NCBI GenBank assembly: GCA_951406725.2
Contig: OX597830.1
Span: forward strand, 51,584,001 to 51,648,000
Direction of reading: 5' to 3'
DNA from: Octopus vulgaris
Lineage: Eukaryota
DNA length: 64,000 nt
Positions 16,575 through 29,789 of this stretch are shown piece after piece. A program made the translations under genes and the position numbers. Under the pieces are notes generated by a model. The model was not told the origin of the DNA. It made no database searches and worked only from the letters and a program-made list of their open reading frames with translations. Numbering within the stretch: the first letter of the stretch is position 1; each line of letters starts with the position of its first letter.

Positions 16575-16680
16575 CAACAACAACAACATCGAAAAATACC
16601 TTAGGAATGAGAACCTGGGTTCGAAATTTCCCCAAGACAACTAATGAAGGCAGGAGGGTATATCAGCATAAACGTGGTCT
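16068..16680. mobile_element. Penelope-like inverted pLTR pair enclosing (TTA)n, a Dong 3' UTR (16334-16503, -) and (TAA)n
   Basis: 16139-16230 is the reverse complement of 16586-16675; 16334-16503 is the reverse complement of ~22575-22750. Confidence 0.7.
16133..16178 (-). ncRNA. Type-I hammerhead ribozyme motif
   Basis: gacat-CTGAAGA-a-GGCTGA-agggtata-TCAGCC-GAAAC-GTT-gtgtt; 6-bp stem II, stem I gacat/gtgtt; a dead copy lies at 16636-16680 (+). Confidence 0.7.
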
Positions 16681-16966
16681 GCCTATAGTAGAAAGAATTA
16701 TAATGAAGGCGGCGAGCTGGCAGAATCGTTAGCAAGCTGGACAAATGCTTAGCCATATTTCGTGCGAGGCTACGTTCTGGGTTCAAATTCCGCTAAGGTC
16801 AACTTTGCCTTTCATCGTTTCGGAGTCGAAAAATTAAGTACCATTTACACACTGGGATCGATGTAATCGACTATTCCTCTTCCCTAAATTTCAGGCCTTG
16901 TGCCTATAGTAGAAAGGATTATTATCATTATTTTCACTTGAAAATAGTACGTTTTGGACGTATAAA

Positions 16967-18387
16967 TCTACTGCACTGTGTCGGAAATTAATGACTGCAC
17001 ATTGTACCGAATAATGATGTTCTGAATTGTGTTATCTAATCTGTACTGTACCCTGCGTCAGATAATTATGAAACAACTAAGGTTATATTCTATACTGTAC
17101 TCTGTATCAGACAAACAATACTGTATTGTTTGTGAAGACACACTATACTGTACAGGGCGTCGGAGAAATATATTTTACAGAAATGTTTGCCAGATACTAT
17201 ATTTCTTACCGTGCGCCGGAACGAAAGTGCTTTAGTGTGTTGAAGAAAACATACTTAGATGTACTTTGTGGAAAATGCGTTCAACTAGTTACTGCCATAC
17301 TTATACTTTCTGCTCGAAGGTTATCCTAGAGAGACGGCAATGAAGCAATGAGTCCAATATGATAACTTATGTTAGGAAGGAACCAGAGAAAGGTGTGATT
17401 AGTCTTAAGCAGAAAGAACTCAAGAGATAGCCGAGGGGCATGAGCAAGAGAATCTCAATCGGACAGATGAAATGATGACGGCAAATAGCAACAGATCAGC
17501 AAGGGATTCGAAATGCTACCGAGTCACCTCGACAACGGACTATCCTGTTGGCGCGTCTTTTTAAAAAGGCTTCAGCTGCAAGGGCTACCAAGTCAGCTCA
17601 ACAACGGACAATCCATTTGGCGCGTCTTGCCAAAAATGTCTCAGCTGCAGACACTCCACAAGAGCACAGAACCCTAAGGAAGCGTAATGCTGTAACTACT
17701 GCTGCTGCAAGGGCTTCACAGTCAGCGCAACAACGCACAGCCCGGAGGGCACGTAATGCTAAAACTACTGCAACTGCACGGGCGTCAGAGTCACCAGCAC
17801 AGCGCATCACTCGAAGGAAGCGTAATGCTGATACTACAAATACTGCAAAGGCCGCAGAATCACCAGTACAGCGCAGAAATCGTCAGGCTTTGACTGCTGC
17901 TTTAATGACCAGTGCAAGGGCTTCAGAAACGGATGAACAAATGACAATGCGACTTCAGACCAATGCAAACTTGAAGGCTCTGCGTAGGAGAACATGAAAA
18001 CCATTGTTCAGTCGGTGGGCCTTTTATCATACATGACTTTCATTGAAAAAAGCTTCAATGCGGTCAGGCATTACATGTAACATAACTACATGCTACAAAA
18101 CGATTCAAGTAAGATATAGAATTCCTAATATCTACTGCAACTGCGATCGCATTTCATGGACTTTCATTTATTACTAACTGCCAAATTTGTGTTAAAAAAA
18201 CAAACTTTATTTATTACTTAGTTTGCTTCATACCATATAATAAATTGCTAACAAAATTGTTAATTATACATTTTACGTTTATCAACTTGAAACGACTTCT
18301 AACTGCGAGCTAATTCAAATTAAACCGTCCAAAGGAGTGCGCCATTATAATAAATTACCCCGTCCAAAGGACGGGGGCGTTTGCTAG
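16967..18387 (+). mobile_element. Non-autonomous Helitron
   Basis: 3' hairpin CCCCGTCC-aaa-GGACGGGG (18358-18376) followed by CTAG|T (18384-18388); candidate A|TC 5' end at 16967 (less certain); internal STPR repeats. Confidence 0.7.
17479..17997 (+). pseudogene. STPR-like 23-aa repeat coding remnant (Helitron Rep-helicase N-terminus)
   Basis: ARASQSAQQRTARRARNAKTTAT / ARASESPAQRITRRKRNADTTNT / AKAAESPVQRRNRQALTAALMTS / ARASETDEQ..: exact 23-aa period; stops upstream, no Rep or helicase downstream. Confidence 0.7.
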
Positions 18388-18409
18388 TGCATATCTATGT
18401 ATTTACGCA

Positions 18410-18877
18410 TGCATATACGTATATATACACACACATATACACGCACACATATATATCAGCCAACATACACACGTAGACACATACACATAAATACATAGAT
18501 ACATACATGTGCATATACATTTTTACATATATATATCCATACGTATGAACATAATACTCATATGCATATACGTATATATACACACACATATACACGCACA
18601 CATATATATCAGCCAACATACACACGTAGACACATACACATAAATACATAGATACATACATGTGCATATACATTTTTACATATATATATATCCATACGTA
18701 TGAACATAATACTCATATGCATATGCGTATATATACACACACATATACACGCACACATATATATCAGCCAACATACACACGTAGACACATACACATAAAT
18801 ACATAGATACATACATGTGCATATACATTTTTACATATATATCCATACGTATGAACATAATACTCATATGCATATAC
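18410..18877. repeat. Three near-identical ~153-155-bp tandem units of cryptic CA/TA sequence
   Basis: Anchor tcagccaac at 18456, 18609 and 18764. Confidence 0.9.
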
Positions 18878-19452
18878 AGGTATGCACTTACCTACGCAAA
18901 CACACACGCATAACCACAGACACAGACACAGACATACATACACATATGCATATATTCAAACAAGCTGTACAGCTCAGTCACGTCATCAGTCGATGATTGA
19001 TGCTAACACATCGTTACCAGTAGATTACCTAGTCATAATTCAATGTTAAAGTGTGGAAGCTCTTTGTTAAGTACGTAACAAATTAGCGTATGTAAATTTA
19101 TTATGTTAGATATGTGCTGTACTACAAATGCTCAACGTAACGTAGTCAGGGGATTGTTTTGGTTCGTAACATAGTGTAAAAATAAAACAATAAGATAACA
19201 TTAAACATGTACAACTTAAATAGGACAGAGAAAATAAAATACAATTACATGACGTATTTTACAGTTACCTCATCCTTTACTCAACCTTCTTTTGTCTCTA
19301 GCCCTCTATCTTTATCTTTCTTTCTTTACTCTCTCCTTACCCCTCTCTTACTCTCTCTTTCTCTCATTCTCTCACTCTCTCTCACTCCCTTAATGGAAAG
19401 GTCGTGGATTCGATTAGTGGGCTGGAGTGCCATTGCGTCCTTAAGAATGGCA

Positions 19453-19657
19453 GACCGCGTGTGTACCATTGGCTATTTTTGCCCTCCGTCTTCCCTTACT
19501 TGGATCTTTCCTTCTCCTATGTTTCTGACGAAGAGTTCTGCTTGAAACGTTAAGTCCTCCTCCTTCTTTCTTTCCTTTCCTGAGCGTCCAATAACACTAT
19601 ACTTGTTCCACGTCCTCGTGTTGTGTTTTCTCTTTGTGTTTTCATGTCTGGATTAAC

Positions 19658-19660
<3 letters not shown>
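19453..19660 (+). mobile_element. Penelope-like pLTR copy with hammerhead motif at 19521-19555
   Basis: gttt-CTGACGA-a-GAGT-tct-GCTT-GAAAC-GTT-aagt; homologous to 366-560. Confidence 0.65.
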
Positions 19661-19698
<38 letters not shown>

Positions 19699-19866
19699 GC
19701 GCACACATACACACACATGCACACGCACGCACGCACACTCACACACATAGATGTATGCATGAGTGTATACATATATATATATTATTACTATTTTATATCA
19801 TGTTCTCTATATATATATAAATAAATGCATACACATACACACATGCACACACACACACAAACACAT

Positions 19867-19911
<45 letters not shown>

Positions 19912-20260
19912 CATGATGGATTCTCCCGTTGAAGACACGGTATGCAAGTTCGACCTGCACGAATGATTCGTTTATAGTGATCAAATGTTCATGCCGCACA
20001 TTAGCTCGCTCCCTCCATGAAATCGATGTTGTATAAATAGATCAACACATCAAGTGTCGAAGGGATCACAGAGCAGTGTGAGATGAAGTATTTTGCTCAG
20101 GAACACAACTCACCACTTGTTCTAGAAATTGAAAGCACGACTGCCAGATCGTGAGCGCAACACCCTGACCACCAAACCTTCGCCGTCGTATGTATGTATG
20201 TATGTATGTATGTATGTATGTATGTATGTATGCATTTATATGTAGATGTATATATATATG

Positions 20261-20345
<85 letters not shown>

Positions 20346-21019
20346 AGAAAACAAAAAAGGAACAAGAATGTAACAGGCGACAAAAAAAACATCCGGACAG
20401 TTAGACGATACAAAAAGGACAGGCAAAAACAAGGATGGGTCATTCGGAACTTCCTATCCTCAGTCGAGTTTCAGATCATCTTTGCAGTTTCGGCCGGTTA
20501 AACTCCAGACTGCTCCAGTCTGGCCGGCCCCACAAAATCTAAGCTAAGCGCACTAGACACCTTGGAAGAAAGCAAACGAATGTATACGAAAGAAGCACGA
20601 AAAAAAAAAACGGAGAAGGAAACACAATTACAAATACATAAAACAGTACATTAACGACAGGTGCCTTCGATTAAGGAGGAATTAAATTAAATTGGCGTGT
20701 GTGGAACATATGAGATGAAAGTCATGGGAAGGAATATAAGAGATGCTACACGGATCGTAGTCAAACCAAGAAAGAAAGGGCAGGCTTGGCGGAACACAGG
20801 TCACGTGGAAGGAGAGGAGAGAGATAGGGGCAGTGGGATTGAAAAATTAGGTAGGGACGAGAAAGAGAGAAAAAGAAAAGAAAGGGACAGAGTGAGGTAA
20901 AAGAGGAGGGTAGTTGAAAATGAAGGGAAGGCCCATAAATGTGAGAGAGAGGGAGTGAGAAAAAGAGAAGTAGAAAGAACGTAGAAAGTGCAAAGGGGGC
21001 TAAATGAGTAGAAGAATCG

Positions 21020-22155
21020 TACAGTCTTTGTACCTGTAGATTATAAAGCAAGACATGACAGAGTCGGTCAGTATTTACACTGGACAATATGTTGGCATTA
21101 TAAAATCAAAACCGCTGACAAATGGTATAAACACCATCCTGAAGCTGTGACTGAAATGGGTCGATTCTCTGGGACTTCTCCGTACATACCGACAAAACTA
21201 TAAAAGCTAATAAACCGGATATTATTATAAAAGATCAGACAAAAAAGGTGTGTTTATTAATTGACATGAGTATTCCTTGCAATCACAATATAGCGGCGAA
21301 AGAATTTGACAAGATTAGTAAATATAAAGACTTGCTGATAGAGATTGAAAAAAATGTGGCATCTCAAGGCGACTACAGTAACAGTGATTGTAGGATCTCT
21401 AGGAATGATAAAAAAAAAGGTACTGAAACCTATTTGAAAATGATACCAGGCTTACCATCCCTACAGGAAGTGCAAAACATGGTGTTAACTGGAACGACTC
21501 ATATACTGAGAAAAGCATTATCGCTATGAAAACAACATCCATTCATGAAATTTTGCTTATTAATTTGTTTTTAATACATAGTTCACCTGTGAATTTGCGT
21601 GTGTAATCTGGGAAAGTATACAATGAGCTTTTCTGCCCTAGGTGTACGGAAAACACCCGGCCAGAAACGGAAGAAAATTTGAAGAAAGAAGGAAAAAAGA
21701 AATAATATTAAAAGGTAATGGACGACTGAGACTTTGACTTCCTGACAGACAAGGTATTAGAGAACCGAAGGCCGGATATAATACACTTTAGGAGAGACAA
21801 ACAAGAGTAACTAATGGTGGACGTGCGAGTAGACCAACATGTTATGAAAGAAAGAAAAACATCGGAGACCTAAGAATTGAGATGGCTAAGATGTAGCAGC
21901 TACCAGAGTCAAATATAAAGGTCGTCCCTGTTGTCATTAGAACATTGTGTTCAATACCTCCCAACCTGAAGTAACATCTGGAAATTTTAGAAATACCCTA
22001 CAATCTATGTGTATTGCAGAAATCGGCATTACTTGACATTTCATGCATATTGCGCTGAGTACTATCTGTCTGAGGTTCTTGTTGTGACAAACACCCGGTA
22101 AACATAATATCTTCAATCAACAACATCACGGAATTGGTTACTGTACGACGTCTTC

Positions 22156-22203
<48 letters not shown>

Positions 22204-22309
22204 CCTACGCAGAACACTTTCCATACAATAACCATCAGAGCATCACAACAAATCACAGCACATACCTAAGGCACACAGAGCTGCGCTATAAAAATAAAAC
22301 TACTGAATG

Positions 22310-22353
<44 letters not shown>

Positions 22354-22355
22354 CC

Positions 22356-22392
<37 letters not shown>

Positions 22393-22775
22393 AAGACTAA
22401 AACAATACCTGTTGTCATAGGTGCCCTGGGAATGATAGCAAAAGTAGTTGATTGCTACCTAACTCAGATACCAGGAAACCCCAAAATGGCAGAAATTCAA
22501 AAGATAGTGCTCATGGGAACTGTCCATATTCAACGCAAAATACTTTCCATGTAATCTCAAGTTTTAAAACAAACACATAATTTTCTTATGGTTTATTAAA
22601 CATTCTCTAGAACAACACTATGTATAAAACCAAATATATGGCACCTTAGGCACAATACCAACATGAAATTCTAAGTTGTTGTCTCTTGAGGTCTCTGGGT
22701 GAGACTTGGAGCCAACTTGTACAAATATAAAGCAAAAGTCAAATATAAAATAATAATAATAATAATAATAATATA
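21020..22775 (+). mobile_element. Four stacked 3' ends of distinct Dong/R4-clade (RLE endonuclease) LINEs separated by (TAA)n
   Basis: YKARHDRVGQYLHW..KPDIIIKD..CLLIDMSIP..KYKDL..HILRKAL (21020-21710); ENRRPDII..VVPVVI..LQKSALL (21715-22155); LRRTLSIQ* (22204-22310); TIPVVIGALG..IQKIVLMGT (22393-22750). Confidence 0.8.
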
Positions 22776-22808
22776 AATGATGATGATGATGATGATGATG
22801 ATGAGAGG

Positions 22809-22862
<54 letters not shown>

Positions 22863-22872
22863 GTGATGATGA

Positions 22873-23620
22873 TGTTATTTATTTGCCACCAGGACGCAGG
22901 AGTGAGAGAGACGATACAAAGACAAAGTGTGGGACTTTACGTATAATGAAATGATAAATTAAATATATAGAGAAAAAGAATAAGTATGCACGGTGTACAA
23001 TGAAAAGGAAGGGAAATATACATAGTATACAAAGGTTGAAAAGATGGGGGAGTACCCTCTCCCCCTATCTTTCTTCTACTCAGATGTCTATACTTAGAGA
23101 GTTAACATCCACACTTGCCATTTTTGCAGCTTACACCTTTCAATAAACTCACTCGAGGACAGCACTTCTCTCTCCACTCTCAATTTCCTTTTCAAGTAAA
23201 ACTTGAGAAAGTCGATGAGGCCTGTGGAAAGAGGACTGTATCTCTCATCATGTCTTTCAATCTTGTCCACCAGACAAACTCTTTCGACACAGACACCAGA
23301 CAAAGGAAAACAGCTTTGCCTGCCCGGTTGAAGGAGGGCGGCAAGGCAATCATCATTATGGACTCGGTCAATAGAGGGATCTGTCCCACATGTTCGACAC
23401 AATCCCACATGTCAGCGATGCTCGGACACTTAACGAGTGCGTGCAAGATGGTTTCGTTACTCTGTGCGCATCTCGGACAAACCTGTCTGACAGCGTATCC
23501 GTGCCTGTAAAGTTTACCTCGAACCGGTAGCGCTCCCATCCATAATAATTCTCGATCAAAATATCCCCCGGAACAGACTGACCCAGAGAACGTCGTAGCA
23601 CTTCTCCGCCACTTATCCTC
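22873..23620 (-). mobile_element. Tx1/L1-clade LINE 3' end (zf-RVT CCHC domain), frameshifted, tailed by (CAT)n
   Basis: GALPVRGKLYRHG..CPRC..ETILHALVKC; AATAAA then (CAT)n at 22778-22872 on the minus strand. Confidence 0.8.
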
Positions 23621-23640
23621 TATAAATTGCTAAATCAGAA

Positions 23641-24436
23641 CAAGGGGCTAAACACAGAGGGGACAAACAAGGACAGAGAAACGGATTAAGACGATTATAT
23701 CGACCCCAGTCCGTAACTGGTACTTATTTAATCGACCCCGAAAGGATGAAAGGCAAAGTCGACCTCGGCGGAATTTGAACTCAGAACGTAGCGGCAGACG
23801 AAATACCTATTTCTTTACTACCCACAAGGGGCTAAACACAGAGAGGACAAACAAGGACAGACACACGGATTAAGACGATTATATCGACCCCAGTGCGTAA
23901 CTGGTACTTATTTAATCGACCCCGAAAGGATGAAAGCCAAAGCCGACCTCGGCGGAATTTGAAATCAGAACGTAGCGGCAGACGAAATACCTATTTCTTT
24001 ACTACCCACAAGGGGCTAAACCCAGAGAGGACAAACAAGGACAGACACACGGATTAAGTCGATTACATCGACCCCAGAGCGTAACTGGTACTTAATTTAT
24101 CGAACCCGAAAGGATGAAAGGCAAAGTCGACCTCGGCGGAATTTGAACTCAGAACGTAGCGGCAGACGAAATATCGCTTAGCATTTCGCCCGGCGAGCTA
24201 AGGTTTCTGCCAGCTCGCCGCTTTAATTACAAATATACAACTCCATTGTACTGAAAGCATAAGGTGGGTAGTCGATGAAATCGACTCTAGTGCGTAACTG
24301 GTACTTTTTCAGTCGACCTCGAAAGGATGAAAGGCAAAGTTGACCTCGGCGGAATTTGAACTCGGAACGTAGCGCCAGACGAAACACTGCTAAGCATTTC
24401 TCCCGACGTCGTAACGACTCTGCCAGCTCACCACCT
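23641..24436 (-). mobile_element. SINE trimer (184-bp units) plus an adjacent monomer
   Basis: Junction gaaatacctatttc at ~23800 and ~23984; full head at ~24220. Confidence 0.9.
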
Positions 24437-25729
24437 TACAAATATATATTATATTATTAATGATTTCTTTATCTATATATTATAGTAATATGAGTTACGT
24501 AAGCGTGAGGGAAATTCAAATACAATGAGTTCTTAAACAAGATGCCTTTTACTCCAACAACCCTCAGTAAGGAAGTTAGTTTAACTGTTTAATAAATAAA
24601 TAAATCTTGTTTTATTGTTGAAGCTGAAGATATGTAAGGAGCTGAATGGTTGGTTTTTCCTTTCATACCTGATTATATTTGTTTTATTATTGTTATTATC
24701 ATTTACAAATGTTTTCCTTGTTTCGTTGACCTTCAGTTCATGAGATTGCTGGCTCTTATAAAATAATGCACAACTATACTCTTGACAAAACAACTTTATA
24801 GTTAACCTTGAAAACTGACCAATGAGAGTTGACAATTCCTTACTTTCTAGCTGACACACTCAAATAGACACACATACACGTGCGCGCCGTGTACACACAT
24901 AAAAATACATACACACATGTATATTTACATACACAGGTACGTACATAGATGCATAGACATTGATATTTTTTACTTGATTCACACACATACATACAATGGA
25001 AGTCGTAAAAATGAAAAGATTTCCAGTAGATGGGAAATGAAATCGGTCGTAGGATGGCGGTTTCGATTCCCAAACCGGGCGTTGTGAGTGTTTATTGAGC
25101 GAAATGAAATTGGTTTCTGTAATCAAGTGAAATGGGAAAAGTGGGGTACCCGGGAATTTAGTCGCAAAAGTACAATTTGAGGGTCAATGTTCCAAAACTA
25201 ATAATTATTTTTATAATAATAAGTGAGAGAGGGTGAAAAATATATATACTGCGGAACATTTTTAGTCTGTTTACCATTCTGTTGAAGTAGTTGAAAAAAA
25301 GGGCCACTTCCGAGTAGCGTTTGCCTAAGTCTGATTCTGTTACGGTGCATCTTTGGCGAGTATTTTCTGCTATAGTTTCTTGTCAACCAAAACATTGAGT
25401 ATAAAATTTGGTAGACTGGAATCTATGGAAAACTGTTAAATGACATGTAATGGGGTCTTTTAATTTTTTTTTTATCGTACAATTCCTTCCTTATTCAACA
25501 CGGCCATCTAATCTGTGGGTGCTTTCATCACACACCTTTCTGTCGCAGGTAATCTGGTTTTAGGATATTTCTTCCCTTCATACAAACAATCCCAGAGTTT
25601 CTGCCAAACGGTTATGGACGTCGCATTTCTTCATGTGATTAAACCTGAAGGCATATAACATTAAACCACTCTTATTGAAACATAATTTCTCTGTAAATTG
25701 ATCTTACCGCAATAACTATCAGCGTAACA

Positions 25730-26138
25730 GAGAGGACAAACAAGGACAGACATAGGTATTAAGTCGATTACATCGACCCCATTGCGTAACTGGTACTTAA
25801 TTTATCGACCCCGAAAGGATGAAAGGCAAAGTCGACCTCGGCGGAATTTGAACTCAGAACGTAGCAGCAGACGAAATACCGCTTAGAATTTCGCCCGGCG
25901 TGCTAACGTTTCTGCCAGCTCGCCGCTTTAATTACAAATATGCAAATCCATTGTACTGAAAGCACAAGGTGGGTAGTCGATTACATCGACTCTAGTGCGT
26001 AACTGGTACTTATTCAGTCGACCTCGAAAGGATGAAAGGCAAAGTTGACCTCGGCGGAATTTGAACTCAGAACGTAGCGCCAGACGAAACACTGCTAAGC
26101 ATTTCGCCTGACGTCGTAACGACTCTGTCAGCTCGCCG
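25730..26138 (-). repeat. Local duplicate of 24024-24434 (SINE-spacer-SINE)
   Basis: Shared spacer ctttaattacaaatat..ccattgtactgaaagca.aaggtgggtagtcgat in both copies. Confidence 0.8.
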
Positions 26139-26816
26139 CTTCTGACTGTACAAAGAGTTAACTCATTTACCGAAGGTGATGGTTCTCTTCATCACTTCCT
26201 TTTTTTACCCAAACATGTATGTGCATAAAACTATGTCATTGTGATAACGGTCACTGTTAATGATTGATTATTTATATTCTAATCATAGTGGCGTACGCGA
26301 TAAATTCCACTCGAACATTATCAAATCAGTCCTACCCTAAACCAAGGTGATTCATCAAATGCTAATGCTGTTACCGGATACTGAAAACAATTGCAAAAAC
26401 AAAAACAAAAAAAGAACAGCTAATATTATCAAACGATAACAACTAATATTTCAGGAATGTATTCTTCTATTATATCAGTCATTTATTCTTTTACTTACTT
26501 AAATTATTGCACTGCACCCATGCAGGACATACGTGCACATGAATAAGCATACCTGCACATTAAAACATATATCAACAAAACTGATAAGTTAAATAATTTT
26601 AAACGAACGAACTACGAAGTTTTCCATCGAAAGGGTTTTCGTGCCAACATCTGCACGGTATCATTTATAATTTTATTAAGATATATTCGTTAACACACAC
26701 AGACAAATCGCAAAGTGACATCATTTCTCCGCGCTTATCATTCTGAGTTCAAATGCCACCGAGGTCGACTTTGTCTTTTATCCTTTCAGAGTTGGTGTAT
26801 CTATGTGTGCAAGTAT

Positions 26817-26886
<70 letters not shown>

Positions 26887-26894
26887 TATATATA

Positions 26895-27120
26895 TAGGGA
26901 GAGTTTACGAAAAAAAAAACAAAAGACGAAGACAGGTGGTGTACAAAAAAAACAGATGTATTAGTATAACGCTCAGGAATAGAAAAAGTCTTTTACGTTT
27001 CGAGCCTACGCTCTTCTACAGAAAGGGACACAGAAAAAACAAGAAGAGAAACGAGGAGGGGAAAAAAAGGAGAAAAAAAGGAGAGAAGGTAAGGAGAGAA
27101 AAAAAGAGAGTATATATATA
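26895..27120 (-). mobile_element. Penelope-like pLTR with variant hammerhead motif (26990-27025)
   Basis: cttt-CTGTAGA-a-GAGC-gtag-GCTC-GAAAC-GTA-aaag; a degenerate paralog lies at 32595-32790 (+). Confidence 0.55.
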
Positions 27121-27650
27121 TATACATAGGAGGAGGGCTGAAATGTTCCCGACTTTAAAGTTAACACGAAGGGCCTGGCTGGAGGCAAAAAGTAACGAGT
27201 CCTTTAACAGGGCTTAGAAAGACTGAAGGACCGCTGAAATGAGTTTGTGAATCTGGGAGAGGAATAAAAGCATAATTAACTGATCCACCTCTATTTACTC
27301 TTAGCCAAAGCCAAGAATATTTCAGGACCCCCAAGGGTAAAAAGGGGGTAAAAAGTTCATAGTATTTGCGTAAGCGTGCTTGTCCATACCTACACATGTG
27401 AGCCCGCACACCCACGTGCGTCCGCCTGAAAGTATACATTCATCCACCCAAACTTGAAAACGTACACATCCTCACTCCTTCGCCAAATGTATATGTACAT
27501 ACATACAAACCCACACCCACACACGCACACAATACTTTACTCCCTCCCCTTACTTAGCGGTCTTTCAAATAACTCTTTTGTCTTAATAACGGTCAATCAC
27601 ACAGTAATTTCCCTTTGGATAACGGTCATTTTTCATAGCATTTTTCCGAT

Positions 27651-27722
27651 GGCCAGATAACTGAAGAGATGGCGGCTTGGTTTTCCACCTCGGCATCCGA
27701 AACTCGAAGTTTTATCATGGCT
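27651..27722 (+). ncRNA. Type-I hammerhead ribozyme motif with extended stems
   Basis: ggccagataa-CTGAAGA-GATG..CATC-c-GAAA-CTCGAAG-TT-ttatcatggct; stem I ggcca.gataa/ttatc.a.tggct. Confidence 0.6.
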
Positions 27723-29042
27723 ACCGAATAATTGTCACATATTACATTTACAGATAAATTCCTCTATTTACATAATATCGCGGTCTCTTTCATTCTTTTG
27801 TTATCTTACCAGAGAGAGAGAGAAGACGGACTTTCAGTTTCCGTGAACCAAATCCACTCATAAAGCTTTGGTCGATCATCAACTATACTAGAAGAATATT
27901 GCCCAAGGTGTCACATAGTGTTAACTTAACCTTCAACCGTGTGACTGGGAACCAAGCATGGTTCTACTCGGCCACGACAGTACTTGTTTATGTATATTTG
28001 TTTTGGTTATTTTCACTATTTCTAATATTCTACTCACAGGGATTGGTACAGCACCCAGAAACTGTTGTGATTACTGGGCAGAAATGTTAAGCTTGTTTTG
28101 GGGCCTGCTAAAAATCCTATTTCTGTTTATTAAAGACGATGGAAAAATTATTTTGAACGTATTGTAAACTTTTTGAAGGCAGTAGTCAGAAAGAAAGTTA
28201 CCCTCTCGTCACGTATCAGCGACGAGAGGGAGAAGGAGGAGTAAGGAAGAGGGAACGGTGAAAGGAAGAGAAGAATAGGGAAGGGTGGAAGAGAAAACCA
28301 GAAAGGATGAAGAATAAGAGAGGGAGAGAGACAGGCAGGGAGGAAAAGTAGGCATATTCACTCACAAGTCTTTGGTCGGCCCAAGGCTTAGGTCGGCCCA
28401 AGGCTCTAGTACAAGACACTTGCCCAAGGTGCCACGCAATGGGACTGAACCTAGAATCATATGGTTGGTAAGCAAGCCCTTTACCACAATAACACTCCTG
28501 CGCCTATGTACATATATGTATATATGTATGTGTATGTGAATATATGTGTGTGTGTGAGAGAGAGAGGGGGGAAAGAGTGTGTGTGTTTGTGTGTGGGAGA
28601 GAGTGTGTATGTGTCCGAGCGTTGAATCTTAAACATCAGCTAAGGAAAATCACATGTGTAACCAGCCATGAAAAACAAATCAGTAATACAAAGAAATAAA
28701 ATGCCAGTGCCTTTAAAACAGCAACTACCTTATCAGTACCAGAATCCCCATCCCACTACCTCTACACTTTTGAAGCAATGTGCCAACAGCCCTTCAAAAA
28801 CAACACGCCCTGATAAGCTCAGTGACTAATACTAAATTCAGGCCACTACAGGCAAAGAAGATGTTCCTGAAGCCGAGGATTTTAAACTTACAGAGGCAAT
28901 ATTTACATATCGCCTGACGAAAAACAACAACTACACCTCATAATGCAGAGAAACAGTTGTATAATTAAGACCTACACTCCTGGAGAACTACGTGATTAAA
29001 AAATAAATGTCTGTACCTCTTCTTGTTGACTCCAATTTTTCC

Positions 29043-29098
<56 letters not shown>

Positions 29099-29315
29099 AC
29101 ATAACGTACATTCTAGGATACACACATATATATACAGACTTAATTTTCCACATGCCTTGTATGAGAGTTATCAAGAAATTTATGAATGTTGTTTTCTAAT
29201 AATGACTTCGGAATTTGGTTAGTTAATGCATTTATCATTCTTCTTTTACAATTGCTTAATTTGAAGACTTTGGTGTGTCCTGTACGGTCACTTGAGTCAT
29301 TTATGATATATATGG

Positions 29316-29560
29316 TAAATCCAAAAAAGAACAAACACAAAAAAAAACAACAACTCGAGGACGTGGTACAATTAATGTATTAGCAGATGCTCAGGAAAGG
29401 GATGAATGATGGTTTAACGTTTCGAGCAGAGGCTCGTCTTCGGAAACAGAGGAAAGTCCAACAGAAGGGAAAACGGAGGAAGAAAATCGCCAACGATTGA
29501 CATGACCGAAAGGAAATGGGTGAAGAAAAAGTTCTAAGGCAGGAGAGTGTAAGAGAAGGA
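29316..29560 (-). mobile_element. Penelope-like pLTR with hammerhead motif (29412-29447)
   Basis: gttt-CCGAAGA-c-GAGC-ctct-GCTC-GAAAC-GTT-aaac. Confidence 0.55.
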
Positions 29561-29789
29561 GGTATGTTTGGCGGAAACGTTAGCACGCCGGGCGAAATGC
29601 TTAGCAGTATTTCGTCTGTCGTTACGCTGTGAGCTCAAATTCCGCTGAGGTCGACTTTGCCTTTCATCCTTTCGGGGTCGATTAAAAAAGTACTAGTTAC
29701 GCACTGGGGTCGATATAATCGACTTAATCCGTTTGTCTGTCCTTGTTTGTCCCCTCTGTGTTTAGCCCCCTGTGGGTAGTAAAGAAATA

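Noticed and set aside
23641-24220. CRISPR-like or satellite-like periodic array
   Set aside because: Units are 184-bp SINE bodies without unique spacers, in a eukaryotic context
24581-25700. Exon-like minus-strand blocks with a faint death-domain-like phrase (RLAETLGL)
   Set aside because: Multiple stops and no consistent splice phases or motif I can defend
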